DNA of 62,151 bases from a virus (lineage: Duplodnaviria > Caudoviricetes), in the IMG/VR virus record IMGVR_UViG_3300042458_000246, positions 1 through 62,151 of that record. One strand, 5' to 3'. The notes beneath the pieces were generated by a model. The model did not search any database. It worked only from the letters and a program-made list of their open reading frames with translations, and had not been told where the DNA came from. Numbering within the stretch: the first letter of the stretch is position 1; each line of letters starts with the position of its first letter. Position numbers and translations under genes: made by a program. Below, piece after piece: positions 57,900 through 62,151 of the stretch.

Positions 57900-58187
57900 T
57901 TAGTTAGTCATTGCGGCACTAAAAGCACCGTCAATGGTAAAACAACCGTATTCATATTTTGTGTTAGAGCCGTTGAAAGCTGTAACAGCCGCAACAACAA
58001 TAGCTCCCGCAGTAGTGTCAGCACCATCATAATATTTTACCTGAGTAATTTTTCCACGAATAACATTAGGTGCTCGATAGTCTGAACCAGCGTCCAGAGT
58101 ATCAGCAGATGTACTAATATTAACTACGTAATTATCAGGAATATATGTTCGAGTACCGTTTGTCGCAGTAATTCGTAGAAATTCCAT
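57900..58187 (-). CDS. Hypothetical structural protein (possible decoration protein)
   Basis: AAGGA RBS, beta-rich, near the capsid gene. Confidence 0.6.
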   Translation of the reverse strand: MEFLRITATNGTRTYIPDNYVVNISTSADTLDAGSDYRAPNVIRGKITQVKYYDGADTTAGAIVVAAVTAFNGSNTKYEYGCFTIDGAFSAAMTN

Positions 58188-58198
58188 TTGTGTTCCTT

Positions 58199-58576
58199 TT
58201 ATATTAAGTCTGAAAAGTGTCTAATCCTATGACAATTAGCACATAGTAAAACACATTTATCAAGTTCTTGTTTAGCTGAATTAGACATTTCATTAGAATC
58301 TCTAAGGAGATGAGTAGGGTCTTTTTCTTTTGTGCTTGGGTTTAAGTGATGAAATTCAAATGCTGCTTGATGGACCACCATTAAACAATCATTGCATTTA
58401 CCACCTTTATATTGTATAGCTTTAGCTTTTAATTGTCTAGATTTTTCTCGTCTAACTTCAGACCTACAAATCTTACAATCACAATTATATTTAATTCCAC
58501 TTTTCTTTTTAGTAGTTAATACTGAAAATTCTGTTAGTGGTTTTTCTTGATTGCATGTTCTACAAATTTTTGTCAT
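58199..58576 (-). CDS. Free-standing HNH endonuclease
   Basis: CRTC/CKIC finger, KGGKCNDC, FEFHH, CVLLCANCHRIRH; AT-rich. Confidence 0.85.
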   Translation of the reverse strand: MTKICRTCNQEKPLTEFSVLTTKKKSGIKYNCDCKICRSEVRREKSRQLKAKAIQYKGGKCNDCLMVVHQAAFEFHHLNPSTKEKDPTHLLRDSNEMSNSAKQELDKCVLLCANCHRIRHFSDLI

Positions 58577-58580
58577 AAAT

Positions 58581-58612
58581 AAAAAAAAAGGAGAAGGATT
58601 TCTCCCTCTCCT
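58581..58612 (-). terminator. Intrinsic terminator after major capsid gene
   Basis: GGAGAGGGA-GAAA-TCCTTCTCC followed by T9. Confidence 0.88.
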
Positions 58613-58633
58613 TATTTTAGGTTAATTAACCAA

Positions 58634-59749
58634 TTAGGCTCCGGACAAACCAAAAATCATTCCGCAACCTTTCGGATTCCTACATTCCAAAGTACCCTCT
58701 TCAACGATCTGACCGATGATAGAGTCACCAAGCTGACCAAGGTCAACTTCTTGCAGAGGACGCAAGCTAGCGTAGCTGAACCACATTGGATCATACAAGA
58801 ACGCTGTAAAGTTAGCCACATCGTTCACACCAGTAACTGCAGTATTAGAAATACCCATTACGTAGTTAGGAACAACCATGATGTCACCGAAGTCAGACAT
58901 GTAGATTTCAACTGACTGACGGAGCTTGCCATCAGCGTCAATATTTCGACGAACGTTAGAATCACCAGTAGAACCTGTAACGGAACCTGCAGACTGAGCC
59001 TTAGCAGAGAACACACGACGGTTAGCAGGAGACAACATCAACTTAGTGGCTTTACCACCGTTTTCATAGATGCCTTGCATAACTGTGTCAACGTGTGACA
59101 GAGCCAAAGATACTTTGTCGCCAGCAATAACGTTAGCGAATACACCGCAGACACCGCCACCAGGATTAGTAGGAGCAGTATAGTCACCGGGAACAGCCAA
59201 CACGTTCAGTGCTGTAGCAGGAGTTGTAGTAGCGGCAGTGTAGTTAACCCAAGATTGGTAACCACCAAAGGTACGAGTACCAGAGCCGTTAGAAGACTTC
59301 CAACCGTTAACCAAGTCAAACTCAACGTCACGACGAAGTTCGGTACCACGCTTTTTGAGCTGGTATGCGTATTCATCAGCAACACCTGCTTGGTCAACAG
59401 CACGCTTAGTGCCAGTAACTGTAACAGTCTTGGAGTTGATTTGTGTGTAGTTACCCAAACGTGTACGGAAGGGTTCTGTTACCTGTGCATCAGCTTGTAC
59501 TGCATAAGAGATACCTTCAGCAACTGGGTTAGATGCAGGAGGAGACAGTTCGTCTGTCTGCCACTCGTGAAACACAGCCGTAGCTTTAGTCTTGCCGATA
59601 GACGACAAGAAAGGTGTCTCATCACGAGAGATCATAGAAATAAAATTCGCTAGGTCTTCACGTTCGCCAGCGTTGACAGCGTTACCGTTGTTAGATGCGC
59701 TACGTGCGGCAGCTTTAGGACCGCCTGTTGCAAATGTTTGAATTGCCAT
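58634..59749 (-). CDS. Major capsid protein (SU10/DUF5309-type)
   Basis: REDLANFI...ETPF...HEWQTDEL, NYTQI, ELRRDVE, YMSDFG. Confidence 0.93.
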   Translation of the reverse strand: MAIQTFATGGPKAAARSASNNGNAVNAGEREDLANFISMISRDETPFLSSIGKTKATAVFHEWQTDELSPPASNPVAEGISYAVQADAQVTEPFRTRLGNYTQINSKTVTVTGTKRAVDQAGVADEYAYQLKKRGTELRRDVEFDLVNGWKSSNGSGTRTFGGYQSWVNYTAATTTPATALNVLAVPGDYTAPTNPGGGVCGVFANVIAGDKVSLALSHVDTVMQGIYENGGKATKLMLSPANRRVFSAKAQSAGSVTGSTGDSNVRRNIDADGKLRQSVEIYMSDFGDIMVVPNYVMGISNTAVTGVNDVANFTAFLYDPMWFSYASLRPLQEVDLGQLGDSIIGQIVEEGTLECRNPKGCGMIFGLSGA

Positions 59750-59775
59750 TTGTTATTTTTCCTTTTAGTGAGAAA

Positions 59776-60915
59776 TTAAAGTTTTTTGCTCACTGAAGAA
59801 ATACGTTTTAGAAAATCTAATTCGTCTTGTTTAGATCCTTGACCTGTTAGAACTTTAGCTCGGTTATTAGTAACGGCTTGCTTCTCTTTTTGAGAACTCG
59901 AAGTTCCCTTCTTTGAGGGTATCGATTTCACGTTTGGAGATGCCTTTCGTTTTGCTTCACCTGTTTCTTTTGCAGTTTTAAGTTTACGGTAATCATTGAT
60001 GAACTTAACTACGTTAGGGTCATAGACCGCTTCTAGTAGTTGTTCAGGGATACCTTCTTTAATAGCGAACTCACGAATATTCTTAGCAACTTTTTCTGAA
60101 TAGTCAGGAATGAGGTTAACAATGTTTTCCTCATACTGTCTCAGTAACGCTTGTTGTTGTTCCATTTGTTGAGCTTGAATCTTTTCGACTACAGCTTTAG
60201 TTTGTTGTTCACGTTTATTGCGTGCATTCCAATACTTTTCCTGTACTTCTTCAAGTTGCTCTTTGAGTTCCCTAGCTGTGTAGGAATCACCTTCTTCTCG
60301 GGCTTTATCGATTTCGCCTTTGACTTTATGATATTCTTGTGCAAGAGTAGATTCAACAGCGGTCAGTTCTTCATTAATAACTGATCCAAGTTGGATAATC
60401 TCTTGTAACTTTTCTGCTCGTTCTTGGTCGATCTGTTTCTTCAGTTCGCCTAGTTCACGCCCCTTTTGAGATAGATGTTGATCAGTAGAATAACCCTTAC
60501 GGATTTCTTCTAGGGTAACATACTCAGTCTTACCGTCAACTGTGACGGGTACTTGGTATTCCCAATCGATGTCATCTTCAGAAGGCAAGTCAGCATTTTG
60601 GGTAGACGTATCATCCTCAGCTGTATTATCTTCTTCTGAATCATTCGATTCTTCTTCTTCATCTAGGTCATTTTCAGACTCGGTATCGTTCTCTTCTTGG
60701 GCTTCTTCTTCCGATACTTCATCTGGACTTGGGACGTCATCGCCTTTTTCTGGTAGAGATTCTTTGTTAAGACCCAACAGTTCTGCTGCTGGAGAATTAC
60801 GTAGAATGTCATCAAGGCTCTTCACTTCCAAGTCTGCACTATTCGATCCGTCATCAAAACTCTGGCTACTGATTTCAGAAGCTGGAGTGCTGGTAGAGAG
60901 ATGTGGTAGATTCAT
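59776..60915 (-). CDS. Scaffolding protein
   Basis: Acidic N-terminus, VTVDGKTEYVTLEEIRKGY, coiled coil, directly upstream of capsid. Confidence 0.88.
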   Translation of the reverse strand: MNLPHLSTSTPASEISSQSFDDGSNSADLEVKSLDDILRNSPAAELLGLNKESLPEKGDDVPSPDEVSEEEAQEENDTESENDLDEEEESNDSEEDNTAEDDTSTQNADLPSEDDIDWEYQVPVTVDGKTEYVTLEEIRKGYSTDQHLSQKGRELGELKKQIDQERAEKLQEIIQLGSVINEELTAVESTLAQEYHKVKGEIDKAREEGDSYTARELKEQLEEVQEKYWNARNKREQQTKAVVEKIQAQQMEQQQALLRQYEENIVNLIPDYSEKVAKNIREFAIKEGIPEQLLEAVYDPNVVKFINDYRKLKTAKETGEAKRKASPNVKSIPSKKGTSSSQKEKQAVTNNRAKVLTGQGSKQDELDFLKRISSVSKKL

Positions 60916-60936
60916 ATTCTTTTACCTTTGTGTCCG

Positions 60937-61173
60937 TTATTGTTTGGCTTCAGCTTTAGCTTTTTTAGCTACAGCCATACGTTCAGCGAAGTCACCTTTA
61001 GATGGTTCCATCATTCGGTTAACTGCATCAATAGCATTTGTTAGATTAACAAAGGTTGGTGCATAATTCCCTGCTCGACCTACACCGCCATTTGACCCGC
61101 ATTGGACCAATTCACGTAGGATTTCTTCTCGTGCTTTTTCAAGCACATCTTTTGCTTTATCTAAATTACTCAT
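60937..61173 (-). CDS. Hypothetical head-module protein (78 aa)
   Basis: GAGGA RBS before ATG 61173. Confidence 0.7.
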   Translation of the reverse strand: MSNLDKAKDVLEKAREEILRELVQCGSNGGVGRAGNYAPTFVNLTNAIDAVNRMMEPSKGDFAERMAVAKKAKAEAKQ

Positions 61174-61528
61174 TATTTTCCTCAGACCCCTCTTGGGTAT
61201 TGTTTTGTTGTTGGATGAACTTGACGTTATTACCGTACATTTCAATACCAACTAACTTTTCTTTAACACTGCCTAATGCCATAGCGGTATGATACAGGTA
61301 CTCTCGTTCTTTAGAACAATGAGGTTCTGTCTTCAACCACGTAACAAAAAGGTCAGCTAAGATTTCGCTATATGCGTCACCAAAGAATTGTTCACGTTCC
61401 CGTTGAACAAACTCTGCACGACCTAAGGCTACTTGGGCTTCACGGAAAGGTTCTACTTTGTATTCACCTGTCTCATGATTCATTTTAGGTTTGATTTTTT
61501 GTTCAAACCCTTTTCTGTATTTATCCAT
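61166..61528 (-). CDS. Conserved protein between portal and scaffold
   Basis: WLKT......REYLY motif; N-terminus conserved at protein level between the two alleles. Confidence 0.8.
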   Translation of the reverse strand: MDKYRKGFEQKIKPKMNHETGEYKVEPFREAQVALGRAEFVQREREQFFGDAYSEILADLFVTWLKTEPHCSKEREYLYHTAMALGSVKEKLVGIEMYGNNVKFIQQQNNTQEGSEENNE

Positions 61529-61531
61529 TAA

Positions 61532-61864
61532 TTAATTCTCATTTAAATATTTTGAAAATAAGTCAAACTTCTTTTTGCCATTTTCATAGAATCCCAATTC
61601 AACATTGCATCTAAAACAAAGAATGCCTCTAACCGTACCACTAGTATGGCAATGATCAATACAAAATCTGTTGTTATGAATGTCTGGATTCCACTCTATG
61701 CCGCATATTTCACAGCACTTCATTGAGTTTAAATACAATTCTTTAGCTGTATTCTTATCAACATTGTAAGTCCTAGCTATAAATGAAATAGCAGACTGTT
61801 CTTTATACTCAGGATTTTTACTACGTATTTTATTACGTTCCCTATCATATTGTTTTCTATCCAT
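61532..61864 (-). mobile_element. Free-standing endonuclease VII-family homing endonuclease (polymorphic insertion)
   Basis: CEICG...IDHCHTSGTVRGILCFRCNVELG; absent from the allele at 92-134. Confidence 0.88.
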
Positions 61865-61870
61865 TTTCTT

Positions 61871-61929
61871 CCCTAAAAGAAAAGGCTAGCTGTGTTAGGG
61901 CACAGCAAAGGAGCTACCTCTTTCGCCTT
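61871..61929 (-). promoter_or_regulatory. Candidate structured leader RNA of the endonuclease (three-way junction plus RBS pseudoknot)
   Basis: AAGGC/GCCTT, AAAG-AG-GTAG-CT-C-CTTT, GCTGTG-CCCTAA-CACAGC; loop CCCTAA is complementary to TTAGGG before the ATG. Confidence 0.55.
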
Positions 61930-61936
61930 ATATTTA

Positions 61937-62151
61937 TTACATCATTGGGTTTTCACCAGCAGCCGCAGGACCAGCCTGTGGTTGAGGTGCTTGACTACCT
62001 TGAGGCTTACTTGCATCCATATGCGAGTCAGCATCAATGAAAGACTTAGCCATTGCAAGGAGTTCTTTAATGTCAGGCTTAGGAGGCATTTCAACCCCTT
62101 CTTTAGCCGCCTGAATATATAGCTTACCCCACTCTTGATAACTCTTATCCA
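61937..62151 (-). CDS. Portal 3' end (partial), endonuclease-containing allele
   Basis: Duplicate of 138-352; ends ...SHMDASKPQGSQAPQPQAGPAAAGENPMM. Confidence 0.9.
   Translation of the reverse strand, partial: DKSYQEWGKLYIQAAKEGVEMPPKPDIKELLAMAKSFIDADSHMDASKPQGSQAPQPQAGPAAAGENPMM

Noticed and set aside
61438-62151. End duplication as the phage's physical direct terminal repeat
   Set aside because: The copies differ by a 362-bp net indel and 18 SNPs, fall mid-operon, and end in a 127-bp exact overlap typical of assembly. True terminal repeats are identical.

Overview
This window is essentially a whole, circularly overlapping genome (~61.4-61.8 kb) of a probably lytic podovirus-like phage; I found no integrase or repressor. 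Two gene arms diverge from a non-coding stretch at ~4.8-5.0 kb and converge on a bidirectional terminator at ~28.9 kb. The + arm (5.0-28.9 kb) carries many small early genes, SSB, nucleotide-metabolism genes, family A DNA polymerase, 5'-3' exonuclease, primase-helicase, a T7-like single-subunit RNA polymerase, class II ribonucleotide reductase, thioredoxin, tRNA(s) and a Dps-like protein. The - arm carries terminase, an SU10/phiEco32/LUZ24-type portal, scaffold and capsid, adaptor, two S74-chaperoned receptor-binding proteins, lysis genes, nozzle and ejection proteins. Small-gene motifs suggest a freshwater betaproteobacterial host (inference only). Highlights: (1) the last ejection-module gene (28941-32444) is a second, very divergent single-subunit RNA polymerase with all motifs in order, i.e. 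a candidate stand-alone virion RNAP outside the N4 architecture, next to an ejection protein with an N-terminal staphylococcal-nuclease-like domain; (2) the two contig ends are two alleles of one locus, with and without an Endo VII-type homing endonuclease; the insertion allele has a recoded neighbouring gene start and a leader that could fold into a pseudoknot over the endonuclease RBS; (3) a 16-bp phage promoter, AGTCGGTACCTAATAG, occurs 7 times on both arms; (4) the DNA polymerase has paired substitutions at two normally conserved active-site residues. All assignments come from reading motifs by eye; no database search was run.
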